Positions 36,675 to 45,809 of a DNA stretch of 46,366 nt are shown here, piece by piece. The position numbers and the translations under genes are program-made. The notes under the pieces are model-generated. The model saw only the letters and a list, made by a program, of their open reading frames with translations, ran no database searches and had not been told where the DNA came from. Position 1 is the stretch's first letter; every line of letters begins with the position of its first letter. The DNA lies in contig CAKPKI010000002.1 of NCBI GenBank assembly GCA_934167135.1, positions 1-46,366 of the forward strand, in the 5' to 3' direction. The stretch comes from an uncultured Clostridia bacterium. Its GTDB lineage: Bacteria > Bacillota > Clostridia > TANB77 > CAG-508.

Positions 36675-37830
36675 TGGTATTTCCCTCCTCTTTTGTTTGT
36701 TCTAAGTTTTTCAAAGCTACATTTTTTACATCAGTTCCTATATATTCTTCATTTTCATCTAAAAGCATTCTTACTACATCGTTTATAATATCATCCATAT
36801 TTTCTTCTTTTTCTTCTACTTGTTGTTCTATTTCACTTTTAGCTTCTTCTATCTTTTGTTTTGTTTTTTCTATAGCTTTTTCTTCTATTATTTTGTCTAA
36901 TTCTTCCATTCTTTTCTCATATACATCTTGAGCAGTAGAATACAATTCATTATAGCCAGATTTTATAGTTTTATCAATTCCAAATGTTTCAGCCTCATCT
37001 CTATTATAAGCCATATATAATAATTCAATTAATTCATTTGACCTTAATATCTTTCCTTTAACTCCACATGCTGATATTGCACCAATTATTGATTGTGATC
37101 TTGTATATAATTCTGAGAATGCTATATTTCTTAATTCTTCTTTATCCAATTTATCATTACTTGCTTCACTTGCATAATATGGAACTATAATATAATAACT
37201 TTTACTTAATATATTTTTATTTAAACTCATTCTTTCAGTATCTTTTATTACTGAATTTCCATATTCGCATAAGTTAGCTTGTTTTGTTAATTCGAAATGT
37301 ATTTGGGAAATTTGTTCATTTGAATAGTCTCCTGAATTTACCATATCATCATATTGCATTTTCATTTTTACATATTTATCATTTATTTCTTTCATTTTCC
37401 CTCTATATACTTCTAAGCTTTCTTCCAAATTTATAGATCTTGTTTGAATATATATTTGAATTGGATTTCTCAAACTGTTTAGAAATTGTACAAATCCTTC
37501 CTCAACACTATTTTTTTCTAATCCAGACATTAAATCGTAATTTACTCCTTTTAGTTCTATAACCATTAGAAATCTCTTTTCATTTTTTTGCAAAATCATA
37601 TTGTCTTCAACATCATCAAACTCCATAAAATTAAATATTGATTGTTTATCTTGTTGACTCGCTCCTTGTATATTTTGAGTTTTACCTTTCGTTTCTTTTT
37701 TATTTTTACCTATTTTTTCTTTAAAATAGAAATATAATAAAACTCCAGATAAAATTAATACTGCTATTACAGTTGGTACTAATAAAATTACTAGCATTTG
37801 AACAACTTGACTAGCTGATTGACTACCCAT
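36628..37830 (-). CDS. Membrane-anchored coiled-coil protein with a VirB4-N-terminal-domain-like segment and no ATPase motifs
   Basis: One TM helix (MLVILLVPTVIAVLILSGVLLYFYF). The next segment, FLMVIELKGVNYDLMSGLEKNSVEEGFVQFLNSLRNPIQIYIQT, resembles the N-domain block of Tn916-Orf16-type VirB4. No Walker A or B motif is present. Confidence 0.45.
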   Translation of the reverse strand: MGSQSASQVVQMLVILLVPTVIAVLILSGVLLYFYFKEKIGKNKKETKGKTQNIQGASQQDKQSIFNFMEFDDVEDNMILQKNEKRFLMVIELKGVNYDLMSGLEKNSVEEGFVQFLNSLRNPIQIYIQTRSINLEESLEVYRGKMKEINDKYVKMKMQYDDMVNSGDYSNEQISQIHFELTKQANLCEYGNSVIKDTERMSLNKNILSKSYYIIVPYYASEASNDKLDKEELRNIAFSELYTRSQSIIGAISACGVKGKILRSNELIELLYMAYNRDEAETFGIDKTIKSGYNELYSTAQDVYEKRMEELDKIIEEKAIEKTKQKIEEAKSEIEQQVEEKEENMDDIINDVVRMLLDENEEYIGTDVKNVALKNLEQTKEEGNTNGKKTGNKNAKKLRV

Positions 37831-38170
37831 TTTTCTCTTCCTCCTTTGTATACACGTATAACTTTCTACGATTTTTCTTAAACTTAATGTATCTTTTTAT
37901 AATATCATCTATATTTTCTCCACCAATTTTTTGGGATACTCTTAATCCATCTGATTCTGGGACTTTAAACATTCCTATTCCATATCCAATCGCAGCAAAT
38001 ATTAATGTTATTATTATTCCTACTATTTTTAATCCAATTAAACTAAAAATTAAATAAAATATAAGACCACAAACACCTCCTATAGTCGTTGTTATTATTG
38101 ATTTAGTAGAAAATATAAATAAAATTCTTCCTTCTCCTTTTACGTTTCTAGGTAAATTATATGTTCCCAT
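37823..38170 (-). CDS. PrgI/TcpE-family (VirB3-like) T4SS membrane protein
   Basis: The protein is 115 aa. The N-terminus is YNLPRNVKGEGRILFIFS, followed by two TM helices. It lies directly upstream of the VirB4-type genes, with an 8-nt overlap. Confidence 0.7.
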   Translation of the reverse strand: MGTYNLPRNVKGEGRILFIFSTKSIITTTIGGVCGLIFYLIFSLIGLKIVGIIITLIFAAIGYGIGMFKVPESDGLRVSQKIGGENIDDIIKRYIKFKKNRRKLYVYTKEEEKNG

Positions 38171-38212
38171 CTTTTCCTCCTTTGTTATACATCTATCTAT
38201 TCTATTTTATTA

Positions 38213-38258
38213 TATCAAAAAAAATCGATAAATGGAAGCATTTATCGATTTTTTTTTA
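38213..38258. terminator. Strong hairpin terminator/attenuator between the pilin-like genes and the PrgI-VirB4 genes
   Basis: An A-run, then ATCGATAAATG (38224..38234), loop gaag, then CATTTATCGAT (38239..38249), then a T9 run. The stem is a perfect 11 bp. Confidence 0.7.
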
Positions 38259-38287
38259 TTTTTATTCTATTTTGTATTTTCTTTTAC

Positions 38288-38653
38288 TTATGAATTTAAT
38301 CCATTAGCAAATTTGTAAATTGTATTTGCTATTGTTGTAGCTCCAAATATAAGTACTGCACCTATTAAATATGGCATCATTGTCTTTTTATATTCTGCTT
38401 TTTCTTCTGCTGATCCCATCATATATTTTATACCTAATACCATTAATATTACTACAGCTACTACTACACCTACAGTATTTACAATACCCATTATTTTTTG
38501 TCCTACATTTTGTATATCCTCTGTTCCTTGATATTTTGGTGATAAACCTCCAGGTGTTATTCCAGAATCTGCAAATACTATTGAACTTAACATAGCTATA
38601 AATAATATTGCAGAACATATTGTAGTTAATATTTTCATTGTCTTTTTACTCAT
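38288..38653 (-). CDS. VirB2/TrbC-like pilin candidate, paralogue 1 (121 aa)
   Basis: The ATG at 38653 has GGAGGG 8 nt upstream; the track start at 38716 is an unsupported extension. The signal peptide is MKILTTICSAILFIAMLSSIVFA. Two hydrophobic helices flank the loop MGSAEEKAEYKKT. Confidence 0.55.
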   Translation of the reverse strand: MSKKTMKILTTICSAILFIAMLSSIVFADSGITPGGLSPKYQGTEDIQNVGQKIMGIVNTVGVVVAVVILMVLGIKYMMGSAEEKAEYKKTMMPYLIGAVLIFGATTIANTIYKFANGLNS

Positions 38654-38717
38654 TGTAATCCCTCCTTTTATATCTTTTTTATTATAATCTGTTGTATTCC
38701 AGAATTTTAATAACATT

Positions 38718-39119
38718 TTAAACTTTACCTAATACATCCATCAATATTTTCCATATTCCAAATGCTCCAAATATAACAATACATCCTACTACATAGGGTA
38801 TCAGTAATTCTTTTATTTTTGCTTGTTGATCCAAACTTCCAGTCATAAATTTTATACCTAAAATAGCTCCAACCAATACTGATAAAACAATTCCTAATGT
38901 TAATAATGCATTATAAACTTTATCTACTACATCATCTAATTTTTCCTGACTAATATCATCAGTTTCCTTAGAACCACTTTTTATAAAATCATCTCCTGCA
39001 TCAATTACATCATCCCAAAAAGCTGCATTTGAAATTGGTACAACTAAATTTTGAAAAATCATTAGTACTACTATTATTTTTATTATTATACCTTTGTATT
39101 TTTTTAGCAATATCTTCAC
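38718..39119 (-). CDS. VirB2/TrbC-like pilin candidate, paralogue 2 (divergent, about 130 aa)
   Basis: A signal peptide ending PISNAA is followed by two helices around the loop TGSLDQQAKIKE. The start is ambiguous: GTG at 39119 or TTG at 39110. Confidence 0.5.
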   Translation of the reverse strand: MKILLKKYKGIIIKIIVVLMIFQNLVVPISNAAFWDDVIDAGDDFIKSGSKETDDISQEKLDDVVDKVYNALLTLGIVLSVLVGAILGIKFMTGSLDQQAKIKELLIPYVVGCIVIFGAFGIWKILMDVLGKV

Positions 39120-39137
39120 CTTCTTTTGGTTTTAACT

Positions 39138-39518
39138 TTAAAATGTGGAATTGGCTAGTTTATACAAAACATTCGCTATAGTTGTTATTGAGAATAATAA
39201 TATTGCTCCAATGAGATATGCCATCATCGTACTTTTATATTCCGCTTTTTCTTCTACACTTCCAACCATATATTTTATTCCTATAAACATTAGAATTATA
39301 ATCGCTACTACTACTCCAACCACATTTATTACACCTAATATATGTTCAACTTTTGCTACAAGTTTATCTGATCCAACTTGTTCAGATGATTTTTTTGGAT
39401 CGTAATTACTAGGATCGTTTAATGGATTTATTATATCTGCTTGAACTACAGTATAACTATTAAAAATTGTTAAAAGTAGTGTAAATATTAATACTATCTT
39501 TACAATTTTTCTTTTCAT
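39138..39518 (-). CDS. VirB2/TrbC-like pilin candidate, paralogue 3 (126 aa)
   Basis: The signal peptide ends VVQADI. The C-terminal region, VVVAIIILMFIGIKYMVGSVEEKAEYKSTMMAYLIGAILLFSITTIANVLYKLA, is nearly identical in pattern to paralogue 1. RBS is GGGGTGAGG. Confidence 0.55.
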   Translation of the reverse strand: MKRKIVKIVLIFTLLLTIFNSYTVVQADIINPLNDPSNYDPKKSSEQVGSDKLVAKVEHILGVINVVGVVVAIIILMFIGIKYMVGSVEEKAEYKSTMMAYLIGAILLFSITTIANVLYKLANSTF

Positions 39519-39560
39519 CTTGCCTCACCCCATTTGCAATCTTTACTCTATTTTATAAAA

Positions 39561-39589
39561 ATTATATCATATTCTATTTTTACTTGCAA
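39561..39589 (-). promoter_or_regulatory. Sigma-A-like promoter of the pilin-like gene trio
   Basis: Minus strand reads TTGCAA (39589..39584), a 17-nt spacer, then TATAAT (39566..39561). Confidence 0.5.
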
Positions 39590-39640
39590 GTTTTTTATAT
39601 AAAATTTTCGTAAAAAAAACTTTTTTCGACTTAATACAAT

Positions 39641-39670
39641 AAAAAAGGCTCATATAAATGAGCCTTTTTT
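39641..39670. terminator. Hairpin terminator after the 446-aa gene
   Basis: AAGGCTCAT (39645..39653), loop ataa, then ATGAGCCTT (39658..39666). A-runs and T-runs flank it. Confidence 0.65.
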
Positions 39671-41009
39671 ATTGTATGTTTAGTGAAAATACATAGTCTG
39701 TTCCTTCAAGAAGTTTTACTATAAATTTCTTTTTTAATGTATCTCCATTATCTTTAGTCAAAGTTACATCATATATATATATTTCTCCATTTTTTTCACA
39801 ATTATCATATTTTACTTGCGTATTTAAAAGATATTGTTTTGCATATTTTTCAAATAATTCCTCTGTAGGAAAATTATTCTGCTTAAATGTACTGTCTAGC
39901 TTTTTATATGCATAACCAAAATCACTATCATTTATTGCATCAAATATTTTTTGAATATTCATACCAGCCTTTTTATCATCACTATTACTATTGTATTTTT
40001 CCAGAAATTCTGGCAAATCAATTGTATATGTATCAAGTATAACATCATAATTTATTACATTGTTTTCATTAAAAATATAATATTTTCCATTATTGTCAAT
40101 ACAAACATATTCTTTTATTCCATTACTTTCATAAGTTTGATATTTATTTATACTTCCATATAATATTTGATTCTTATTGTCTTTTACATATTTTTCAAAA
40201 TTTTCATAATTTCCAAATTTTACTTTTTTATATTCCTCATCTAATAGTTCATATGCTTTTTCTGTATTATTCAACATTTTCATTCTATATTCCGAAAAAT
40301 ATTGTGAAACAATATTTTTATCTGAGGTATCTACTCTCATATAACTATTATACTCGGTTTTTTCAATTTCGCTATCATTAATATTAATATCGTCTTTATT
40401 CATATCTTTGTTGTAGTTATACTTTTTTATATAGTCTTCTAAAAATATTGAATATGTTTCTTCTAACTTATCTAATTTTATTATAATATTTAATTCTTTA
40501 TTATTTAATTGTGAATTAACTATTATAATTGATATATTTTCATCAAAATATGTTCTTTCTAGTTCTTCTATTTCAAAATCATATATAATGTCTTTGCTAT
40601 AATCACCATTCTTTTTATATTTATTAGCATTTTCTTTTATAAGCTGGTCATTAATTGACATATCTTCTATATATTGTTTATCTAATATTTCTTTTATTGC
40701 TGATATTCCTTCGTCTTGCAATGCCTTACTAATTTCTTTATCTGACATATTCAGTTTTTCTTTTTCAATATATTGGTCACCATTAATTTGCTTCATATAT
40801 AATATATAATTGTTTATTATTTCTTTTATAGTGTAATATGTTGTATAATCCTCAACTTCTGAAAAACCACTTTTGGATATAACATCTAAATGTTCTTTAT
40901 ACATTATACTATAACTGTCTGAATTTTTTTTCAATTTTATAATAAGTATTACCATTATTAATATAAATAAAATCAATATAATGATAATTTTTTTTAACTT
41001 GTTCATCAT
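39669..41009 (-). CDS. Membrane-anchored T4SS-cluster protein, function unknown (possible VirB8/TcpC-like scaffold)
   Basis: One N-terminal TM helix (IIIILILFILIMVILII) precedes an extracytoplasmic region of about 410 aa. The functional guess rests on position and topology only. Confidence 0.4.
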   Translation of the reverse strand: MMNKLKKIIIILILFILIMVILIIKLKKNSDSYSIMYKEHLDVISKSGFSEVEDYTTYYTIKEIINNYILYMKQINGDQYIEKEKLNMSDKEISKALQDEGISAIKEILDKQYIEDMSINDQLIKENANKYKKNGDYSKDIIYDFEIEELERTYFDENISIIIVNSQLNNKELNIIIKLDKLEETYSIFLEDYIKKYNYNKDMNKDDININDSEIEKTEYNSYMRVDTSDKNIVSQYFSEYRMKMLNNTEKAYELLDEEYKKVKFGNYENFEKYVKDNKNQILYGSINKYQTYESNGIKEYVCIDNNGKYYIFNENNVINYDVILDTYTIDLPEFLEKYNSNSDDKKAGMNIQKIFDAINDSDFGYAYKKLDSTFKQNNFPTEELFEKYAKQYLLNTQVKYDNCEKNGEIYIYDVTLTKDNGDTLKKKFIVKLLEGTDYVFSLNIQ

Positions 41010-41030
41010 AATCCTCCTTACAACAATATA

Positions 41031-44000
41031 CTAATGGTTGAAATATGAAAAATGCATATAATCTTTTAGCGAAGTCCAATCTCCGCCCCAATAGAATCCA
41101 TGTTGTTTCCAAATATTTATAATATCTTGTGTTACTGAATATGGGTCTGATCCAGGACTATAATGACTTCCAACAGTTGTTCCACTTGAATTTATATAAT
41201 AATTTTGCTCTGGATTGACATCAAATGCATGTCCGTATGTATGTGCCGAATAATAGAATTTTCCTCTATATCCGCCATCACTTCCCCAATCACGATAACT
41301 AATATCTCCTCCAATAACTTTAAATCCAGCACTTACCATTTCTTTAAATATTGCTTGAATTTCTGTCTTTAATTTTTTGTGCATTGTAACATTCATTGTC
41401 TGCTGACTTCCATTCATATCAAGATATTCTACAGGAAATGTTTCCAAATACTTATCATTTTCTTCTTTTGATTGTGGAACTCCATTTCCATCATACAACC
41501 ATTGGATTCTAGCATCATCTCCTTGAATTCTAGCAGCCTCACCAACTTGAACATTTACAGAACCTCCTCCTGTATGTTTTTCTTTCCATTCATTATACCA
41601 TTTTTGAGCATCTGTAAATCTTTCTTTTTGTTCAGAAAGATTTCTAGTTGAGTTGTAACTTCCTATAAAGTAAACCTCAAAATGTCTTCCCCAATACCAT
41701 GTTGCATATTCCAAGTCAGCTTCAGTCGTTGAATTCATCATAACATCTTTTACCTCCTTGTAAGATGATTCTAATTCACTCCATAAGAATTCTAGTTGTG
41801 TTTCTACATCTGACCAATCTTTTCCCTTTGAATTAGCATATTCTTTTAATTTTACAAATCTACTATTATTTGACCATTGACATAAACCTGTATGAGTTCC
41901 ATTTGTTGCTTTAGGGTCAAATGAACTTTCATTTTCTATATTAGCCACAATCGCTGCTGCACCTGGTGCTGGAACACCTTTTGATAATAAAAAGTCAAAT
42001 ATTTGTCCTGGCACGCCCTCTATATTACTGCTACCTCCATATTGATCTGTCAAAGATTGGAAGTTTGCAGGATCATAGATTGAAAAATCAAATTCTGTTA
42101 CACCATAATCTTTACCTGTTGTCTTGTATAGTAAATATTTTGTTAAGTCAACCATATCTTTTGTATCTGGACATTTTTCTAATATATCATACAAAATTTT
42201 TCTTCCACTAATAATTTTACCTTTTGCAGTCTTATGTTTTATTAAAACAGTAACAAAATTAGGTTCATCTGATTTTTTATCTGTTTTTTCTTTAACAACT
42301 GCTGGTTCAGCAATATATTTGGTATTCTGTAATGTATTATCAATTGATACTGTTCTGTTTATAATTCTTTTATAATATTTACTTGTAAGGCTTTCTATTG
42401 TAGCTGTTGCCGTTGTATGACCTGAAGAATATTCACTTAAGACAGATTGTCTAAATCCTTCTGCTAATCCAGCTGAATCATTATTGTCTGTGCTATTTGG
42501 TTCTTCTGGATATGCCTCATCATCATATTGTCTTGTCGATGTCGGCGTTACTACTGGGTCTGGTGTTTGTAGCTTAAATTCCTGACTATAGTTTACAATC
42601 CAAACATTAGCTTTTGTTAATTTCACATCAAGAGTATTAGTTTTTGTTACAATTGTTGTAACTGTTGTATATTGTTGCTCAGATTCTGCTTCAAATGGTC
42701 CTCCTGTTTTTATTAATTCTCCTGTAGTTGTTGCTTCGTATGGATGTTCATGTTGTGTATCCCAGTTGTCATATCTTTGGCTTGTATCAGAATATTGTAC
42801 TCTTACCCTTACATTATCTGTAACTGTTTTTGTTTGTCTTGTATATGAATCCGTAGTTACATTTGTATTTATTGATAAATTATCATGTACTGTAATTTCA
42901 ATTTCACTATTATATACTAACTCTGCTAAATCAAATGCAAATCCTTTTTCTTGTGATGTTACCAATAAAGCCCATAAATATTGAAATGGCATACGATATC
43001 CACTTATAAATTGTTGATAATCAATCTTTGTTGTTGTCATATTATATACTGTAGTATTCTTTTGCTCTATTGCATCGTCATTTGAAGTAACAGTTGTCGT
43101 AATTTCATTCCAAGTTGCTACTTTTGCATAGAATGTATTGGTTGTAGATACTGTAGAAGTGTCAGCTCCAATTCCTCCTGTACCATCTCCCATATTATTA
43201 TCATATTTAAATGACAAAGGATCGACTTTCTCTCCATTGTATTCTACTTGGAAATGAACATGTGGTCCCGTTGAAATTCCTGTACTTCCTGATAATGCAA
43301 TAACTTGTCCTTTTTCAACTTTATCACCCTCTGAAACTTTTAACACACTGTTATGTAAATATTTAGTAATATATCCATTTCCGTGATCTATCCATACCCA
43401 ATTTCCACCAGAACTACTATAACCCGCTGTTGTTACAGTACCTGCTTCAGCTGCATATACATTTGTTCCTGATGGTACAGCTATGTCTATAGCACCATGA
43501 TTTGTAGATGCCCCTGCTGTTGGTGCATTTCTATATCCAAATGTTGATGTAATAGTAGTTCCATCTGTAGGCCATTTCATTACATTACTTCCGCTTGTAC
43601 TATTACTACTTCCTCCTGTACTACTTCCATTTGATGATATACTGTCACTTCCAAAATTAGGGTTATCAAAATAACTTCCACCATTTATGGCTTTCGTTAA
43701 AGTTTTGTTCCATTCTTCGTGAAACCCTTGTTGCCCTGGATTAGGATGATTACAATTATACCAAGAACTTTTATCTACAACAAATTCCACAATTACTTGT
43801 CCATTTTCATGTCCCCATTCTGTACAACCTGGATCATTTTGATTTTTTATATCTCCAATAATACATTGTAAAACACTTCCATCCTCTTGATAAAAATCTA
43901 TATAATCTCCAACATCACCAAATGTAGTTGTACACGCTATTACATAACGTCCATTTATTCTTCCAAACCCTTCTTGATCAAAATTCATTCCAGCTTGCTC

Positions 44001-44708
44001 TCTTAATTTATATTGAGTAGATGTTGTAGCTGTAATCATTTGCCATCCCATATATGTATGAGCAGACCCTAGTCCACTTGGTATATTGATTTCTGTTCCA
44101 GCAGTGATCGATTCTCCTGTTCCAAAACTTGAACTTGATTTATATCCTCTTTCCAATGTAAAATGCTTTAAAGCTTTCTGTTTAGCTTCTTCTGTTCCTG
44201 AACTGTTATAATTATTTATATATGATTGAAAAGTTTCAGGATCTACATATGTCATTGTCAGAATACTTCCATCCGATTTTGCTCTTTTTAGTTTCACAAT
44301 TCCCTGTATAGCCTTAGAATTAACATCTTTATTTATAGCATCCCAATCGATTTTTTCATCTGGATTTTCTCTTGTGTCCAAATAATCAGTTATTCTTTGT
44401 GCATTTATTAATCTTTGCAGTTCTTCTGGATTTTTTAAATATTTATTTACCCTACTTCCATATTTTTTCATTTCGTCCCATAATTCTTTTGCTGTCTTTC
44501 CTGCTACAATATTTCCATCTCCATCAATATTTACATTGCTTATATACTGTTGCACTGCATATGGCGTATTTGATAATTTGCCCTCTTTATAAACTGCATC
44601 GTTTTCAACAGTAGTATATGTCGATGTTGAGGCTATCAGTACCGCTATGAGCATAGGAATAAGAATTATCTTTCTCTTTTTCTTTACTTTTTCTAAAAAA
44701 TTATTCAT
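41031..44708 (-). CDS. 1225-aa multi-domain peptidoglycan hydrolase (VirB1/PrgK-equivalent): M23, phage-tail-lysozyme-like and M15 (VanY-like) modules
   Basis: It has an N-terminal anchor. The M23 module is HGAIDIAVPSGTNVYAAEAGTV...WIDHGNGYITKYLHN...GSTGISTGPHVHFQV. The lysozyme-like block is AAAIVANIENESSFDPKA...GLCQWS. The C-terminal M15 module carries the SxHxxGxAxD motif (SAHTYGHAFD) and DYMHFSY. A possible DPBB/3D-like region is GRYVIACTTTFGDVGDYIDF...CIIGDIK. Confidence 0.8.
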   Translation of the reverse strand: MNNFLEKVKKKRKIILIPMLIAVLIASTSTYTTVENDAVYKEGKLSNTPYAVQQYISNVNIDGDGNIVAGKTAKELWDEMKKYGSRVNKYLKNPEELQRLINAQRITDYLDTRENPDEKIDWDAINKDVNSKAIQGIVKLKRAKSDGSILTMTYVDPETFQSYINNYNSSGTEEAKQKALKHFTLERGYKSSSSFGTGESITAGTEINIPSGLGSAHTYMGWQMITATTSTQYKLREQAGMNFDQEGFGRINGRYVIACTTTFGDVGDYIDFYQEDGSVLQCIIGDIKNQNDPGCTEWGHENGQVIVEFVVDKSSWYNCNHPNPGQQGFHEEWNKTLTKAINGGSYFDNPNFGSDSISSNGSSTGGSSNSTSGSNVMKWPTDGTTITSTFGYRNAPTAGASTNHGAIDIAVPSGTNVYAAEAGTVTTAGYSSSGGNWVWIDHGNGYITKYLHNSVLKVSEGDKVEKGQVIALSGSTGISTGPHVHFQVEYNGEKVDPLSFKYDNNMGDGTGGIGADTSTVSTTNTFYAKVATWNEITTTVTSNDDAIEQKNTTVYNMTTTKIDYQQFISGYRMPFQYLWALLVTSQEKGFAFDLAELVYNSEIEITVHDNLSINTNVTTDSYTRQTKTVTDNVRVRVQYSDTSQRYDNWDTQHEHPYEATTTGELIKTGGPFEAESEQQYTTVTTIVTKTNTLDVKLTKANVWIVNYSQEFKLQTPDPVVTPTSTRQYDDEAYPEEPNSTDNNDSAGLAEGFRQSVLSEYSSGHTTATATIESLTSKYYKRIINRTVSIDNTLQNTKYIAEPAVVKEKTDKKSDEPNFVTVLIKHKTAKGKIISGRKILYDILEKCPDTKDMVDLTKYLLYKTTGKDYGVTEFDFSIYDPANFQSLTDQYGGSSNIEGVPGQIFDFLLSKGVPAPGAAAIVANIENESSFDPKATNGTHTGLCQWSNNSRFVKLKEYANSKGKDWSDVETQLEFLWSELESSYKEVKDVMMNSTTEADLEYATWYWGRHFEVYFIGSYNSTRNLSEQKERFTDAQKWYNEWKEKHTGGGSVNVQVGEAARIQGDDARIQWLYDGNGVPQSKEENDKYLETFPVEYLDMNGSQQTMNVTMHKKLKTEIQAIFKEMVSAGFKVIGGDISYRDWGSDGGYRGKFYYSAHTYGHAFDVNPEQNYYINSSGTTVGSHYSPGSDPYSVTQDIINIWKQHGFYWGGDWTSLKDYMHFSYFNH

Positions 44709-44719
44709 TTTCTACTCCT

Positions 44720-45688
44720 TTATATATCAATTTCTATTATTCCATAATTTTTATAATATCCTACATTTTGATAATTTATATAGGCATAATAGTTTAATAT
44801 AATTTTCGAAAACACAATACTTTTTATTTTTCTGCTCGAACTATATTTATTATAATATTTTATTCTTATTCTTTTCGTTTCTCCTGATGCTATTTTTAGT
44901 TCTGCTTCTGATATTTCATGTGTATATGCAGGATATTGTATTTTATTCTCATCTCTTAAATACATTGCATCTGCATTATTGTTATTATTTAGTAATATCA
45001 TAATATCTGAATTATTAGTAACTTCAAATGAGTATATTTCATAATCCATATATTGATATTTCTCTAGCACTTTAATATTAACATTTTTCTCACTACTTTG
45101 TTTATTTATTTCCTGTTTTCCTATGTAACTATTTATATTAAGTTTCATTTCATCATTTGTATTTTTAGAAATCGAAATATAATCCTGTATTGTATTGTCA
45201 GTATTATACACTCCGGTTGATAAAGCATCATCATTATATTTTACTTTGTATATATATCCCACCCAATTTTCAACAGAAATATTTTTCTTTTTACCATTGA
45301 ATATCTTATCGTAATAATACTTTTTAAATTCATCTATTGTAGGATACATCTCACTTTTGCAATCTTCTGAAAGCAATTCATACGCTTCATTTATTTTATT
45401 ATTATTGCAACAATTTATAAATTCGTCTATTTTAGTCACACCATTTATTTGTGTTTTCGTCATACTTTTTCCTGATACAGTTGATCTGTTCTCATCCAAT
45501 GTAACAGAATTTAGTTCAACATCTGTATTTTTTTGTGACTTTATTATGTCGGTTTGTTCTTGCTCCATATTTTTTTTCAGTATGTGTACCATACTTCTTA
45601 TTAAAAATATCGAAATTATCATTATTACAATAATCTTCCAAATCATTTGTTTATTTTTATTATACCAAAGAATAATTTTATGCCTCAT
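44720..45688 (-). CDS. Membrane-anchored protein, first gene of the T4SS cluster (function unknown)
   Basis: One TM helix (IWKIIVIMIISIFLI) precedes an extracytoplasmic domain of about 280 aa. It ends 11 nt before the hydrolase gene. Confidence 0.45.
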   Translation of the reverse strand: MRHKIILWYNKNKQMIWKIIVIMIISIFLIRSMVHILKKNMEQEQTDIIKSQKNTDVELNSVTLDENRSTVSGKSMTKTQINGVTKIDEFINCCNNNKINEAYELLSEDCKSEMYPTIDEFKKYYYDKIFNGKKKNISVENWVGYIYKVKYNDDALSTGVYNTDNTIQDYISISKNTNDEMKLNINSYIGKQEINKQSSEKNVNIKVLEKYQYMDYEIYSFEVTNNSDIMILLNNNNNADAMYLRDENKIQYPAYTHEISEAELKIASGETKRIRIKYYNKYSSSRKIKSIVFSKIILNYYAYINYQNVGYYKNYGIIEIDI

Positions 45689-45720
45689 TTCATCTCTCCT
45701 TTTTTCACATAATTAATATA

Positions 45721-45750
45721 ATTATATCATATATAAATGATTTTTTTCAA
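45721..45750 (-). promoter_or_regulatory. Sigma-A-like promoter of the first T4SS transcription unit
   Basis: Minus strand reads TTGAAA (45750..45745), an 18-nt spacer, then TATAAT (45726..45721). Confidence 0.4.
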
Positions 45751-45809
45751 CAAATTTCGCATTATCATAACAAAAAAATATTAATACTATTAAAATAGAT
45801 AAACCTTGT

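Noticed and set aside
38654-38716. Long N-terminal extensions given by the ORF track, at 38716, 28523, 8129, 29399, 31913, 18265 and 1579.
   Set aside because: In each case an internal ATG 5-21 codons downstream has a strong GGAGG-type RBS at proper spacing. The extension either lacks an RBS, starts at a TTG, or overlaps a promoter or terminator.
38288-39518. The three small two-helix membrane proteins, considered as holins.
   Set aside because: They have cleavable N-terminal signal peptides and sit with VirB3/VirB4 genes rather than next to an endolysin cassette. Their loop and helix pattern fits VirB2/TrbC better. The question stays open until profile searches are run.
40909-41112. A 67-aa minus-strand ORF spanning the junction between the hydrolase gene and the 446-aa gene.
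   Set aside because: It overlaps both real genes out of frame, has no RBS, and its product has no recognisable features.
41031-44708. The large hydrolase (phage-tail-lysozyme-like and M23 modules), considered as a prophage tail or lysis gene.
   Set aside because: The window has no capsid, portal, terminase, tail-tube or tape-measure genes. The neighbours are VirB4, VirB6-like and PrgI-like genes, so a T4SS VirB1/PrgK-type role fits better.
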